Of a DNA stretch of 64,000 bases, positions 20,901-32,200 are shown piece by piece (within the stretch, counting starts at the first letter, position 1; every line of letters begins with the position of its first letter). Both the position numbers and the translations under genes were made by a program. The notes beneath the pieces are model-generated. The model was not told where the DNA came from and did not search any database. It saw only the letters and a program-made list of their open reading frames with translations. The stretch covers positions 4,224,001 through 4,288,000 of the forward strand of contig OY843751.1 in NCBI GenBank assembly GCA_963693055.1, read 5' to 3'. This stretch comes from a bacterium (GTDB lineage Bacteria; Zhuqueibacterota; Zhuqueibacteria; Residuimicrobiales; Krinioviventaceae).

Positions 20901-21425
20901 TTATTGTAATGCTCTATAAGATTTTAAGGATTCATAATCAGAACCGATAATCAGGGTAATATCTGATTCGACTTCATCATTTTGTATGCGATATACCATT
21001 TCAGATGTCACACCTATCAAATCCTGAAATTTATCAATATATTTTCGTTCTTTGCGTTCGCGGTTGATGATTACTGTTTTTTCATAATCCCAGTTTGGAG
21101 CATTTCCAACATCAACTACTTTGTATTTTTTACGTTCAAGTAATTCTGCAAATTCGTTAGCTATACCACTCACACCACAACCATTCAATATCTGCACCTT
21201 GATAGGATCATCAATCGTAAAATCAGAGGTTACAGTAGGGGTTTGCTCTGGTGTTACCAGTTTGTGCACAAAGGAAGAAATCAATACTGCATTCACTACA
21301 ACCAGGGCCCATATAAAGAAAAGATTGAAATTTTGTTTTACAGATAATAATAAAGTATTAGAAGATTTTTTCTTGCTGGATGTATTCCGCTTTACTGGCT
21401 TGCTTTGCTTTTTTCGAGTGCTCAA
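20901..21425 (-). CDS. LytR C-terminal domain-containing membrane protein
   Basis: Basic N-term, one TM, VQILNGCGVSGIA...VGNA...DITLIIGSDY. Confidence 0.85.
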   Translation of the reverse strand: MSTRKKQSKPVKRNTSSKKKSSNTLLLSVKQNFNLFFIWALVVVNAVLISSFVHKLVTPEQTPTVTSDFTIDDPIKVQILNGCGVSGIANEFAELLERKKYKVVDVGNAPNWDYEKTVIINRERKERKYIDKFQDLIGVTSEMVYRIQNDEVESDITLIIGSDYESLKSYRALQ

Positions 21426-21472
21426 ATTGTCTTCCTTTTATTTTTCTGGCAGCAATAATGCTGCTTTCTTTT

Positions 21473-21934
21473 CTACCAGCGGTCAAATCGATTATAATAA
21501 TAACTTCCATAAGGTATCTGGCGGTATTCCAGATCAATTACCATGTTCTTGGTGGGTTCATAACGTAAACTCGCACCTGAAACAAATGGCCCGCTCTGCA
21601 ACATGGATAAATTCTCATTATTACCAAAGGGTTGATGAGAAATTCCCCACTGAAAAGATACTGTAAGAGGCATTTTAAAATGATAGGTAAGTGTATTCAA
21701 ATAGGTACTTTGAGTAATTCCCTGGCCTCCAAATGAACTATACCCCATCTGATAAGAATGTTGCATATCCGATTGAGAGGGATCAAGACCTAATATACCC
21801 ATAGTATTTGAACCGAGTTTTGCAGTTGTATTCAACAATGTACTGATACCGACCGGTTCATCCAATGGCTTGAACTGACCAAAAGCTACCAGGGGCAGCA
21901 AAATCAAGAATATTAGATTTGTTCGTTTCATCAT
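21473..21934 (-). CDS. secreted hypothetical protein (beta-strand rich)
   Basis: Signal peptide (LVAFG-Q) and alternating aromatic/Gly strands; function unknown. Confidence 0.7.
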   Translation of the reverse strand: MMKRTNLIFLILLPLVAFGQFKPLDEPVGISTLLNTTAKLGSNTMGILGLDPSQSDMQHSYQMGYSSFGGQGITQSTYLNTLTYHFKMPLTVSFQWGISHQPFGNNENLSMLQSGPFVSGASLRYEPTKNMVIDLEYRQIPYGSYYYNRFDRW

Positions 21935-22022
21935 ATCAGTTTACCAGTATTGTTTAATTGCATTACACAAAATTAAAAAAAAATGTCATAATGTCAACAG
22001 ATATTTACAGGTGACTAAAATT

Positions 22023-22862
22023 TCACACCTCAATAAAACAATTATCAATCAGTCGCGTAGTACTGATATAAACAGCAAGCATAACATTGATATTTCCGGT
22101 AATTGTTGTTACCGGCTTTAAATTCTCAGAATCAACAATTTCTACATAATCTATACTTGCATGTTCTGCTGCGCCTATATGTGTTTTTAATTTATTTAAA
22201 AGCTTTTCAACATCTCTCTCACCCGCTTTAACCGCAGATTTGGCAATCTCTAAAGACTGGCTCAAAACCAGGGCCTCTTTACGCTCTGTAGGTGACAGAT
22301 ATTTATTTCTTGAACTCATGGCCAAACCATCAAGTTCCCTAACAATTGGCGCCAAAACAATTTCAACATCCATGTTCAGGTCCTGTACCATTTTTTCAAT
22401 TATGCGGGCCTGCTGAAAATCTTTTTGTCCAAATACTGCAAGGTGGGGTTTTACAATATTAAACAGCTTTGTTACAACTGTTGTCACACCATCAAAGTGC
22501 CAGGGACGCGAAGCACCACAAAGTCCTTCTGTCAATTCTTTAACATGCACAACCGTCACCGGCTTTATATACATTTCATCATTCGCGGGCACAAACAAAA
22601 CGTCTGTACCGTTCTCATAAGCCATTTTTTTGTCATGTTCCAGATCACGGGGATAACTGGAAAAATCTTCCTTGGGACCAAACTGTGTGGGATTCACGTA
22701 AATGCTTGTTACAACACAATCCGATTTTTCTGCTGCAATCCGCATGAGTGATGTGTGCCCGTCATGCAAATATCCCATGGTAGGAACCAGCGCTATCGTC
22801 TTCCCTGCACGTCTCCACTCATCGGCCTGGTGCTGCATCTCTTTAACGGATTGGATGATCAT
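22023..22862 (-). CDS. panC: pantoate--beta-alanine ligase
   Basis: VPTMGYLHDGH, VNPTQF, FGQKDFQQ, GLAMSSRN, RLIDN. Confidence 0.97.
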   Translation of the reverse strand: MIIQSVKEMQHQADEWRRAGKTIALVPTMGYLHDGHTSLMRIAAEKSDCVVTSIYVNPTQFGPKEDFSSYPRDLEHDKKMAYENGTDVLFVPANDEMYIKPVTVVHVKELTEGLCGASRPWHFDGVTTVVTKLFNIVKPHLAVFGQKDFQQARIIEKMVQDLNMDVEIVLAPIVRELDGLAMSSRNKYLSPTERKEALVLSQSLEIAKSAVKAGERDVEKLLNKLKTHIGAAEHASIDYVEIVDSENLKPVTTITGNINVMLAVYISTTRLIDNCFIEV

Positions 22863-22868
22863 ATAAAA

Positions 22869-23687
22869 TTAAAAACTCTCTTTATCTGATGGAAAATCGC
22901 TTCGCTTAATGTCTTCCGAGTATTCTGAACATGCTTTTCTGATTGCCTGACCCATTTCCGCATAACGACGTGCAAATTTGGGTTTAAATGTTTCATACAT
23001 CCCCAGCATATCTTGAGTAACCAGGATCTGACCATCGCAATGCGGCCCGGCTCCTATCCCAATTGTAGGAATTTGTAGTGTTTCAGTCACCTGTTTTGCA
23101 AGTTCAGCAGGAATCTTTTCAAGCACCAGCGAAAAAATACCGGCATCCTGCAATTCCCGGGCATCCGATAAAAGTTTTTCCGCATCTACTTTAGACGTTG
23201 CTTGCAATCCGTATCCGCCTAGTTGATGCACAGATTGCGGACGAAGACCCAGATGCCCCATAACAGGCATTCCGCATGTAACCATTCGGCGCACAGTTTC
23301 GGCAATTTCTTTACCACCTTCAAGCTTGACAGCTTCAACATTGGCTTCCTTGAAAAAACGTCCGGCATTTTCCAAAGCTTTTTCAACAGATACCTGATAA
23401 GACATAAAGGGCATATCCGTAACAAATAATGCACGTTCTATGCCTCTGCTAACCGCTTTACAATGATACAATGCTTCTTCCATGGTTAGTGGTAACGTAT
23501 TTTTATTCCCGCCAAAAACCATTGAACCGGAATCACCAACAAGAATAAGATCAATTCCTGCCTGGTCTAACAAACTTGCGAAAAGAAAATCATAAGCTGT
23601 TAATGCAGAAATCCGCTCACCACGGGATTTCATAGCGATTAGCGAAGGTACAGTAACTTTTTTGGTATCAGGTGTATGACTACTCAT
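22869..23687 (-). CDS. panB: 3-methyl-2-oxobutanoate hydroxymethyltransferase
   Basis: LTAYD, LVGDS, DMPFMSY, VKLEGG, TIGIGAG, DGQILV. Confidence 0.97.
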   Translation of the reverse strand: MSSHTPDTKKVTVPSLIAMKSRGERISALTAYDFLFASLLDQAGIDLILVGDSGSMVFGGNKNTLPLTMEEALYHCKAVSRGIERALFVTDMPFMSYQVSVEKALENAGRFFKEANVEAVKLEGGKEIAETVRRMVTCGMPVMGHLGLRPQSVHQLGGYGLQATSKVDAEKLLSDARELQDAGIFSLVLEKIPAELAKQVTETLQIPTIGIGAGPHCDGQILVTQDMLGMYETFKPKFARRYAEMGQAIRKACSEYSEDIKRSDFPSDKESF

Positions 23688-23705
23688 AGAATTGAAATAT
23701 CTTTA

Positions 23706-24629
23706 TTAAAAATGACCGGACAATGTAAAACGATTCAGACTCCCCAAAACTCCCATTGAAGAATAAGAATAATCAATATTAAAGCTGGAAAAAATCAATC
23801 CAAATCCAACTGCACCACCGGCAAAAGTATCATTTGAAGAATCTACATGCATTTTGCGGCCTACCAGATCATAACCCAATCTGAACAGCAATCGCTCGGA
23901 AAGCGTAAACTCACCGCCAACAATTCCCTGAAAAGATTCGTCAGAATATTTGTACACATTCACATTTAATAGCAAAGGTAAATGTGCCAGTCTTTTAGAA
24001 AACCCGGCACGAAGGTTCATTGGCAGGTCATCTTTGGTCTCTACAAAAGCAGAGACAGCCTGGCCAACATTAAAAAATCCAGCGGCAAACGTTAGATCCT
24101 GTGAAGGGATGGTATACATAATTCCGCCGTCAAGAGCCATAGCATCGGCAGAAAAATTATCAATAGTAGCATGTATATATTTACCAGTAAATCCGACAGA
24201 AAGATTATCCATAACCTTAATTGCATATGTAGCGTTAAAAGCAATATTATTTACTCCAAACGATCCCATTGACTCACCGGTTTTGTCCAGCTTTTCAAAG
24301 TCACCATAGTTTTTGTATAACACACTGAGACCAACGCTGCCACCCCACAGGTTGGGTTGTACCATTCCCATGAATCCTGTAGAAATATCCAGTATATCAT
24401 CAGCATAGGTTGCGGTACCCGCACGGCTGTCAAGGGTGGTTATTCCGGCAGGATTATAATGCAGCGCGTTCACATCACCCGTTACCGCCACAAATGCGCC
24501 ACCCATTGCCGAAGGACGAGCGCCAACATTAGACTTTAAAAACTGAAATCCCGTTGTTCCCGGAGAATATGCAAAAAGAAATGAATATAGTAGCAGATTC
24601 AAAAAAACTGCAAAACCTAATCTCTTCAT
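23706..24629 (-). CDS. PorV/PorQ-family outer membrane beta-barrel protein
   Basis: Signal peptide then FQFLKSNVGARPSAMGGAF...YNPAG, the N-terminal motif of PorV/PorQ/UPF0164; ends IDYSY..MGVLG..NRFTL. Confidence 0.8.
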   Translation of the reverse strand: MKRLGFAVFLNLLLYSFLFAYSPGTTGFQFLKSNVGARPSAMGGAFVAVTGDVNALHYNPAGITTLDSRAGTATYADDILDISTGFMGMVQPNLWGGSVGLSVLYKNYGDFEKLDKTGESMGSFGVNNIAFNATYAIKVMDNLSVGFTGKYIHATIDNFSADAMALDGGIMYTIPSQDLTFAAGFFNVGQAVSAFVETKDDLPMNLRAGFSKRLAHLPLLLNVNVYKYSDESFQGIVGGEFTLSERLLFRLGYDLVGRKMHVDSSNDTFAGGAVGFGLIFSSFNIDYSYSSMGVLGSLNRFTLSGHF

Positions 24630-24666
24630 AATTTCACCTGTTCAGGTTGATATGTAAAAAAAAAAG

Positions 24667-24739
24667 AGCCACCTGTCGGAATCGAACCGACAACCTGCTC
24701 ATTACGAATGAGCTGCTCTACCGACTGAGCTAAGGTGGC
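24667..24739 (-). tRNA. tRNA-Thr(CGT); CCA not encoded
   Basis: GCCACCTTAGCTCAGTCGGTAGAGCAGCTCATTCGTAATGAGCAGGTTGTCGGTTCGATTCCGACAGGTGGCT folds as a cloverleaf with anticodon loop TTCGTAA and T-loop TTCGATT. Confidence 0.95.
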
Positions 24740-24795
24740 TTTTCAGACAATAAATTTAATTATATTCTTACAGAGAAGCAAGAAAAAATAAATAC

Positions 24796-25164
24796 TTATT
24801 GCATATTTTCATGCCCTGTCGGTTCCTGTGCGGCATCACTTGCCATTTCAAATATCACTAACCCGGTTATAACAATTGCCGCCGCGATAATTAGCGCAAT
24901 AAAAGTTACGCTGCCTACCATGATTAAAAAATCTATATACTTGTTTGGGTGCTCACGTTTATGATAACTGTCTATGATAATATCGTAAAACATTTTTCCA
25001 ATATACACTATAAACAGCAATATACCCAACATGATACGGTAAAAACTGAGCCGACTTGATGCGCCCTGGGTAATTGGCCACACTAACCAGAATGCCAGCG
25101 CCCATTTACCGATTTCTTTTACTATTAAAGTAATTTTTTTACGATTTTGTTCCATCAAAATCAC
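24796..25164 (-). CDS. hypothetical membrane protein (3 TM)
   Basis: Three hydrophobic segments; co-oriented, 6 bp after yraN. Confidence 0.65.
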   Translation of the reverse strand: MILMEQNRKKITLIVKEIGKWALAFWLVWPITQGASSRLSFYRIMLGILLFIVYIGKMFYDIIIDSYHKREHPNKYIDFLIMVGSVTFIALIIAAAIVITGLVIFEMASDAAQEPTGHENMQ

Positions 25165-25170
25165 CCTTTA

Positions 25171-25545
25171 TCAAAAAACTGCCCAAAATGCATCAGGTAT
25201 ATGTTTTATACGCATCTGATTCTGCTTGTACATGACCGCAACAACATCATATCTACAGCTTGTATCTTCAATTTCTTTACGATACATATAGTCTTCGGAT
25301 GTTGCGCATATTCGTTGCTGTTTCCTCTCGTCCACCCAGGTTTCCGGCTCACCGAACTGATCGCCATTACTGGTTTTTACTTCAATAAAAACCAGCACAT
25401 CCTCATCCCAGGCAATAATATCAATCTCGCCCTCACGGGTTTTAAAATTTCTATCAATAATCCTGAATCCCTGCTTTTCAAGATACCGAGCAGCTGCGTC
25501 TTCTCCTTTTCTGCCGGTTTTAACCTTATGCATAGAGTTTTTCAT
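25171..25545 (-). CDS. yraN: YraN family PD-(D/E)XK nuclease-like protein
   Basis: GRKGEDAAARYL, GEIDIIA, LVFIEVKT, CRYDVV; overlaps rnhB. Confidence 0.92.
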   Translation of the reverse strand: MKNSMHKVKTGRKGEDAAARYLEKQGFRIIDRNFKTREGEIDIIAWDEDVLVFIEVKTSNGDQFGEPETWVDERKQQRICATSEDYMYRKEIEDTSCRYDVVAVMYKQNQMRIKHIPDAFWAVF

Positions 25546-26149
25546 GCAGATCCTCTAATGCTTTGGGCCGAAAAGAACGACGATGAATGGGGCACAAACC
25601 ATGGTTCCGTATAGCTTTAATATGCATTCGGGTCGGATATCCTTTGTGTTGGGCGAATCCATATTCAGGATAAATCTCATCATACTTGATCATCATTCGG
25701 TCACGCGTTACCTTGGCGAGTATTGACGCCGCCGCAATGGACATAGACAATGAATCTCCTTTCACAATACATCGATGCGGTATGTCAAATTTTGGACCTC
25801 GTTTGCCATCTATCAACAGATAATCCTTCATACTTAGATTGTCAGTAGCCTGCATCATCCCTTTATAGGTAGCTCCGAGTATGTTCAACTCGTCAATCTC
25901 TTTATGATCAATCACTACAATAGCGGTTTCACTGGCATGTTTCAATATGGTATCATACATTAAATCACGTTGACGGGCAGATAATCTTTTAGAGTCTATA
26001 ATTCCTTCAATCAAAGACTGATCTTTTTCAAACACAACTGCTGCCGTCACCACAGGGCCAGCAAGCGGTCCCCTGCCTGCTTCGTCAATGCCGGCAACAT
26101 ACGCATATTCCTGTTGCCAATACTCTTGCTCAAATCCTAATAAATTCAT
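25526..26149 (-). CDS. rnhB: ribonuclease HII
   Basis: GIDEAGRGPLAGPV, DSKRL, KGD, IAAASILAKVTRD, HKGYPT, HRRSF. Confidence 0.97.
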   Translation of the reverse strand: MNLLGFEQEYWQQEYAYVAGIDEAGRGPLAGPVVTAAVVFEKDQSLIEGIIDSKRLSARQRDLMYDTILKHASETAIVVIDHKEIDELNILGATYKGMMQATDNLSMKDYLLIDGKRGPKFDIPHRCIVKGDSLSMSIAAASILAKVTRDRMMIKYDEIYPEYGFAQHKGYPTRMHIKAIRNHGLCPIHRRSFRPKALEDLHEKLYA

Positions 26150-26200
26150 ACGTAACTGTCAACTCCTTGTTTCAACTGCACCTAAAATAGCTACATCCCG

Positions 26201-28618
26201 TTACAAATGCAAGCGAAACCCCTTCCAGCAAATCCGTTCAATCAATTCACCGTCGGTTTCAAATACAATTGCACCGTCCCGATCTGTTCGCAAAACCTGG
26301 GTTCCCCTATCCACAATTTCCTGCATCAGAGAATCAGACGGCAACCCAAACCGGTTTCGATGTCCTACAGATACAACCGCATATTGTGGTGACGTTTTAT
26401 CTAACAATGCCTTACCGGTTGCCGTATCGCTGCCGTGATGTCCGACTTTCAACACATCACAATTCAGCAAATCACCATATTGCAAAAATCGACTCTCGGA
26501 CTCTTTTTCAGCATCCCCCGTCAAGAAAAACTTGAACTGACCCCACGGAACCAGCATTACCAGCGATGCATTATTTAGCTCTGCCGGATGCTCATTCACA
26601 TGGTTTATCATACCACTATCCGGATGCAGTACCATGGCTTTCCCATACTTCCCACACTCGATAATATCCCCGGCAAAAGGATTGGTCCTTTCAACAGTTA
26701 ACGATCTTGCCAGACTATCAAGCTGGATTTTCAATGCATTGATAGTATCGCTTGTTGCAGGCAAAACCAGACGTTTCACATCAAAATTCCGGATCAGAAA
26801 GGGTGCACCACCACAATGGTCGGAATGGGTGTGCGTGACCACCAACACATCAAGCGTTTGTATTCCGTTTTGCAGCAAATAAGGAGCAATGACCTGCTCT
26901 CCACAGTCAAAGTGCTCTGATCTCTCACCACAATCAATCAACATATTAGATCCATCTGGGTACTCGAACAAAGCCGCATCCCCTTGTCCTACATCAAAAA
27001 AAGTCACGCGCAGCTTTTCTTTTTGGAAAATGGGTTTCCAGGCATTGATGGCAATCAAAATCAGGAATACAAATACCAAACCTTTAAAAGCCTGTTTTCT
27101 GTTATATGCAGCAGCTAAAACAGATGCCAGCATGGTAAAATAGATCAATATCCATAAAAATGAAGGTCTTGCCGTCTGTAACCCCGCGAAAGGCAAAGCA
27201 CTACTCCATTCAACCACCAAAATCATCACTTTTAACAACCAACCATCCAGCCAAATGATCAACACACCCAACGGCTGAAACAATGCAGCGATTATTGCAC
27301 CCGCAAAACCGGCTGAAACTACAACCATTGTCAGGGGCACTATTAGCAGATTTAACAACAGGGATACAACCGGTACCCGCCCAAAATACCACGCTGTCAG
27401 GGGCAGTGTTGCAAGTTGAGCTGCCAGCGATACTAGAAACAGTTGAATAATATTGATCAATATCCGGCGGTCCTGTTCATATAAACGGGTAAACACGAGA
27501 TTTAACCATTGTGCAAAAGCACGATACAACAAAACTATACCCAAAACAGCAGTGCAGCTCAATTGAAATCCTACCTGAAACAAATCAAGCGGATTCAACA
27601 ATAAAATGATCAAGATAGCAATGGATAATGTATTAACAGCCGTTGCACGACGATGCAGCATTTTTCCCAAGGTATAGGTCCCGGCCATTATAGCCGCGCG
27701 CACAACAGGCGGATGACTACCGGTCAGAAGTACAAAGAAGTACAATCCCGCAAGTGTTAGCACACCCTTATAGATTGGACCCAACCCTAGAGTCTTGAAA
27801 ATAAAATTCAAACCGATCAATATAAATCCCACATGCAATCCGGATACTGCCAGCACATGGATCACCCCCACATTTGCAAAGGCATTGTACAACTCGGTAT
27901 GAATGTCCTCCCGTGCTCCCACCAGTAAACCCTTTAACAAAGCTGCAGGCTGCCCGTTTAGGCTCTTGCTTACAATATCAAGAACAAACCGCCGTACAGG
28001 ATATACACCCCGTTGCAGTAACCACGTCCCCTTGTTTTCCGCCAGTACCTGCAGCATTACATCCGATTCCATGGACATGATGGCATGGATTCCATTTGCT
28101 GCTAAATAAGAACGATAATCAAACCCGCCAGGATTTCTCAAACCCGGCGGTGCACGCAGATTGCCTTTGCACACAATATGATCTCCGTATTTCAAGGGCT
28201 TGTCCATATTGTAAATCGTTACCTTGATATTCCCCGAACATGCAGAAACGGTATAATCTATCCAGATGCTGTCACTTTTAATTGAAAAAGTTGTTTTTTC
28301 CTCCGCGTAAACAACCGGTCCGCAAACTGTACCTTCTATGGCTACCGGTTCTTCAGGGAAAGCAATATAGCCAACATGAGTTTGAGGAAACTGATGGCTC
28401 TGCTCCATTCTTACCCAGCCCAATGCAACAAGTGCCAATTGGACCAACATGAAAAATATTATATATTTATTGAACCTGTAAGCAATTGTCAAAAAGAAAA
28501 AGAGTAAAAGAATAATAATATATAGACATACTAAACCCACCTGGATATATTTGCCAATAATTATCCCCAAAATAATTGGAACGATTGTTAATAGTGCGGG
28601 CGGTAATTGTGTTTTCAA
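26201..28618 (-). CDS. comEC: ComEC/Rec2 DNA uptake channel with metallo-beta-lactamase domain
   Basis: NPGGFDY, HVLAVSGLHVG, GFQLS, DVGQGDA, THTHSDH, LKVGHHGS. Confidence 0.93.
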   Translation of the reverse strand: MKTQLPPALLTIVPIILGIIIGKYIQVGLVCLYIIILLLFFFLTIAYRFNKYIIFFMLVQLALVALGWVRMEQSHQFPQTHVGYIAFPEEPVAIEGTVCGPVVYAEEKTTFSIKSDSIWIDYTVSACSGNIKVTIYNMDKPLKYGDHIVCKGNLRAPPGLRNPGGFDYRSYLAANGIHAIMSMESDVMLQVLAENKGTWLLQRGVYPVRRFVLDIVSKSLNGQPAALLKGLLVGAREDIHTELYNAFANVGVIHVLAVSGLHVGFILIGLNFIFKTLGLGPIYKGVLTLAGLYFFVLLTGSHPPVVRAAIMAGTYTLGKMLHRRATAVNTLSIAILIILLLNPLDLFQVGFQLSCTAVLGIVLLYRAFAQWLNLVFTRLYEQDRRILINIIQLFLVSLAAQLATLPLTAWYFGRVPVVSLLLNLLIVPLTMVVVSAGFAGAIIAALFQPLGVLIIWLDGWLLKVMILVVEWSSALPFAGLQTARPSFLWILIYFTMLASVLAAAYNRKQAFKGLVFVFLILIAINAWKPIFQKEKLRVTFFDVGQGDAALFEYPDGSNMLIDCGERSEHFDCGEQVIAPYLLQNGIQTLDVLVVTHTHSDHCGGAPFLIRNFDVKRLVLPATSDTINALKIQLDSLARSLTVERTNPFAGDIIECGKYGKAMVLHPDSGMINHVNEHPAELNNASLVMLVPWGQFKFFLTGDAEKESESRFLQYGDLLNCDVLKVGHHGSDTATGKALLDKTSPQYAVVSVGHRNRFGLPSDSLMQEIVDRGTQVLRTDRDGAIVFETDGELIERICWKGFRLHL

Positions 28619-29238
28619 TGTAAAATCGTTTTGCTTTTCTCTATCAGCTTTTGGTTCAACGTTTTTACTTCTTCCCTCAGTAAATCAAGATCACCGGAAT
28701 TAACTATAGTCATATCCGCGAACTTTATCTTTTCTTCCTGCGAAAACTGTGCATGGGTCATCTGTTTTGCTTTTTCAAGACTGACCTTGTGACGCTCGCA
28801 TAATCGCTCAAGTCGTTTCTCAAGTGGCGCGGTAACCGTTACAACAAAATCGGTTTCACAATGCAGACGTAATTCAATCAACAAGGCTGCATCTATAACC
28901 ACAAAGCTTACATCCCGATAATGGTTACAATGCGAAATCATCGTGCGGACCCGATTGATCATAACAGGATGGACGATTTTATTCAGTGCGTGCTTTTGTG
29001 CTTCATCTGCAAATATAATATCACCCAGTTTTTTCCTATCCACATGCCCGTCATCCAGAAACACAGAATCCCCAAAATGTTCTCTTAAACGCTGGCGCGC
29101 AAGAAGACTGTTATCCAGCACCCATTTGCCTGCTTTATCTACATCCACAATGCAAGCACCATGCAATTTCAGCAACTTTGCTACTGTTGTTTTACCACTT
29201 CCCGGGCTCCCGGTTATGCCAACAACAAACTGTCTCAT
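28615..29238 (-). CDS. coaE: dephospho-CoA kinase
   Basis: GITGSPGSGKTT, DRKKLG, LNKIVHP, DAALLIE. Confidence 0.93.
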   Translation of the reverse strand: MRQFVVGITGSPGSGKTTVAKLLKLHGACIVDVDKAGKWVLDNSLLARQRLREHFGDSVFLDDGHVDRKKLGDIIFADEAQKHALNKIVHPVMINRVRTMISHCNHYRDVSFVVIDAALLIELRLHCETDFVVTVTAPLEKRLERLCERHKVSLEKAKQMTHAQFSQEEKIKFADMTIVNSGDLDLLREEVKTLNQKLIEKSKTILH

Positions 29239-29247
29239 TTTTTCGCC

Positions 29248-32200
29248 TTACCTGATTATAGCAAGTTTCCCTAAAACATCCTGATCATCATTTTTAACTC
29301 TGTAAATATAGATCCCCGAGGCTACAGGATTCCCGGATTCGTCACACAAATCCCAATCTTTTCCCCCGTTTCCATCGGTTTCTTCCAATGTACGAACATG
29401 CAAACCATGTTCTGTCATTATACGAATTTCAGCGGTTTTTGTCAAGTTCCCAAAAGTAATTTTATCTGTTCCCAGTCCGGGTCGATAAGGATTAGGAAAC
29501 GCAATTACCTGCGACAGATCGTTCCGGTTAAATAACAATGTCAATACATCTCCACGCCCGGCCTCTATGGGTACACCTGCTTGGCTGGCTACATTTTCTA
29601 CCCTAACCGTATAGCTGCTGCCTAGCGCACCAAAGGCAACATCCGTTTCAAGGGTCAATGTTACATAAAGTTCATCATGTAATACCGCAGAAACGACCTT
29701 AATATCCTCTCCCATATCATAGTTATCAGCTATTTCAACGGATGGCCCCATGGCTTCGCTATAATATAGTTCAAGCGCATGGTTCCCCTTTAGAGATCCA
29801 CCGGCAAGATAAGGGGCAGATTGAGTAAAGCTTATGGTAACCGTTGCGCTGTTTCGCAAAGTATCAAGCGGGGTACGGTCTGCATCTGCAATATCATTGC
29901 AGCTTATTGTATACGTTCCAAAAGCCATTGGTTCTTTCCATGATAATAAAACCTGCTGACCGGATGCGTCAACAGCCGCGGAAGAAGGCCTGCCATAACC
30001 GTTTGATAACGTGTAATGCGATGCATTTTTCAAATCATCGCCCATGGGTTCACTGAAATACAAACGAATGGATTGGGCAGATTCAGCTTTCGCAGATTCA
30101 AGAAACGGCTTTGCTCCGGGACGTGCGGAAACCAGCATTGACAATCCACTGGGTTGCGCAGGGATATCATTTGAAACGGATATCAAAGCATACCAATACA
30201 GAGAATCCGTTTTTACAGATGTGTCCATATATTTATTTTCAGTGACCAATGCAAGAGGAAAAAGCTCAAAAGGAGTTGTTCCCCGATATACTTGGTAAGC
30301 GGCAGCACCATCCACATTCCGCCAGTTTAACGCAATCTGGTTCTCGTTCAATGGAGTTGCACTGAGGCCAACTGGTATTGCGGGACCTGTCAAATCGCCA
30401 ACCAGATTAAAGGAACGGGTATATTCACCTGTACCGGCAAAAAACTCGGTACGGCCATCTCTGTCTGCATCAGCAACGATACAACTGTTGCTGAGTGCTG
30501 TTTGATAATGATAATCAATCACATACCCCGCATCAGCCTGATATTCTACTATATATAAATCCGGGAACAGTGTAAGAATAATCTCATCGTCACCGTCATT
30601 ATTCAGATCACCACAGCTAACACCTGAGGGAAAATCACGAACTGACTCAAAACCAAAAAACCGCCATTCTGCAGAGCGTTCATATTGATTATTTCCAGCC
30701 TTGTCATAGATTGCAAAGTACCAATGCCGTGCATCATAAAAATGTTCTGTATTCAGATTAGGATCAGAATGGCATCCTGCTATAAACTCGTCTTCTCCGT
30801 CGCCATCAAAGTCCCCTGCACGTATAAAATCAATACTGTCCATCAAGGGCAGCGAATCAAACCACACACTACTGTAACTGTCATCACCGGTATTTTCATA
30901 GATGTAAATATCGCCATCATTGTCACCCATCAGGATATCGGTATATCCATCTGCATCAAAATCACCAATCTCCACATGGGGAACACCATTTATGTTCTCA
31001 CCATCGGTTAAATTTTCCAATGCGGCAACAGATACAAAATCACCACCCTGCAATTCCCAAATTTCAAAACGGTCTGTTTCTGTAGTTACATAGCGTATAA
31101 TCATCTCGGCTTTACCGTCCTGGTCTGCGTCCGCAAAGCGGCTGGCCCAGAATTGTTCCGAACTGCTACCTGTCAATTCCTTGAATAACTGTACAGGAAA
31201 ACCACCCGATTCTGCGGGTGTATAAATATAGCTTGAAAACCCAAATCCACACAATAACTCTGGCACACCATCTCCGGTGATATCTGCCATGTCGCGAGGT
31301 ATCAAACTCCCCTCAACTATTGCGATCTCTGCAAGTTCTTCTCCATTATACTCCCAAAACCGGACATCTCCAATATTTCCCTGTTCGTCGGCAGAGAACA
31401 AAAGTTCTGGTAATCCATTTTGATTATAATCAAACGAATTGTTTAATAAATGCCCAAAAGGAAGCATCAGGTTTACTGGCGAATAATTTGTTACGCTTGT
31501 AGGATCTTTATCCAGATTCACAAGGTAATATTGTCCATTATTATCATCTATGGACTCTAATCCCGCTCCATTCACAGCTTTGACATAAAGTTCCAAATCC
31601 GCTGTTATCTCGGACTGTGACAAATGATACCGCAATTCCCGCGTCCGATACGCCATAGCCGCTTCTGTGAATCCGGCATTGCTTCCAAATGGCCTGTAAT
31701 ATATTGATCCTTCACACAAATCGTCAGTACTGAATTGGATCAATACAGAATGCAGATCACTGTCATACATGGGAATGATGTCAATATTAGAAATAACAGG
31801 AGCAGATTTGTCAACAAATACACGTGTATTTGATTCTACCTTTGATCCATCACGATTTTCTACCAGCAATCGCAGGGTATATTCTCCTTCAGAGCCTGGC
31901 AATGGGTCCCAACTGCCAAGGTAACCATCCAGCACCCGCTTGTCTTCAAATCGTTCAATCAATGTCCATGTATCGGGATTTGCTCCTACGCCATAAGACA
32001 AGCTATAACTCTCAAGCATGGGACTCCAGGCAGAGCCATAAATATCGATATAATCCTCAGAAATCCCCTGATCCAGCATTGGTTCATCAATACGCACAAT
32101 GGATGCCAGAAACGATTCAACAAGGGTAAGTAAATTCAATCGGCCCGCCCGAAAATAGGTATCAGTCCCCTTTGTACCCAAATCATCAGCAGAACTCAAT

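Noticed and set aside
24667-24739. tRNA-Thr as an integration site
   Set aside because: No integrase nearby and no duplicated tRNA 3' end seen; the flanking genes are chromosomal.
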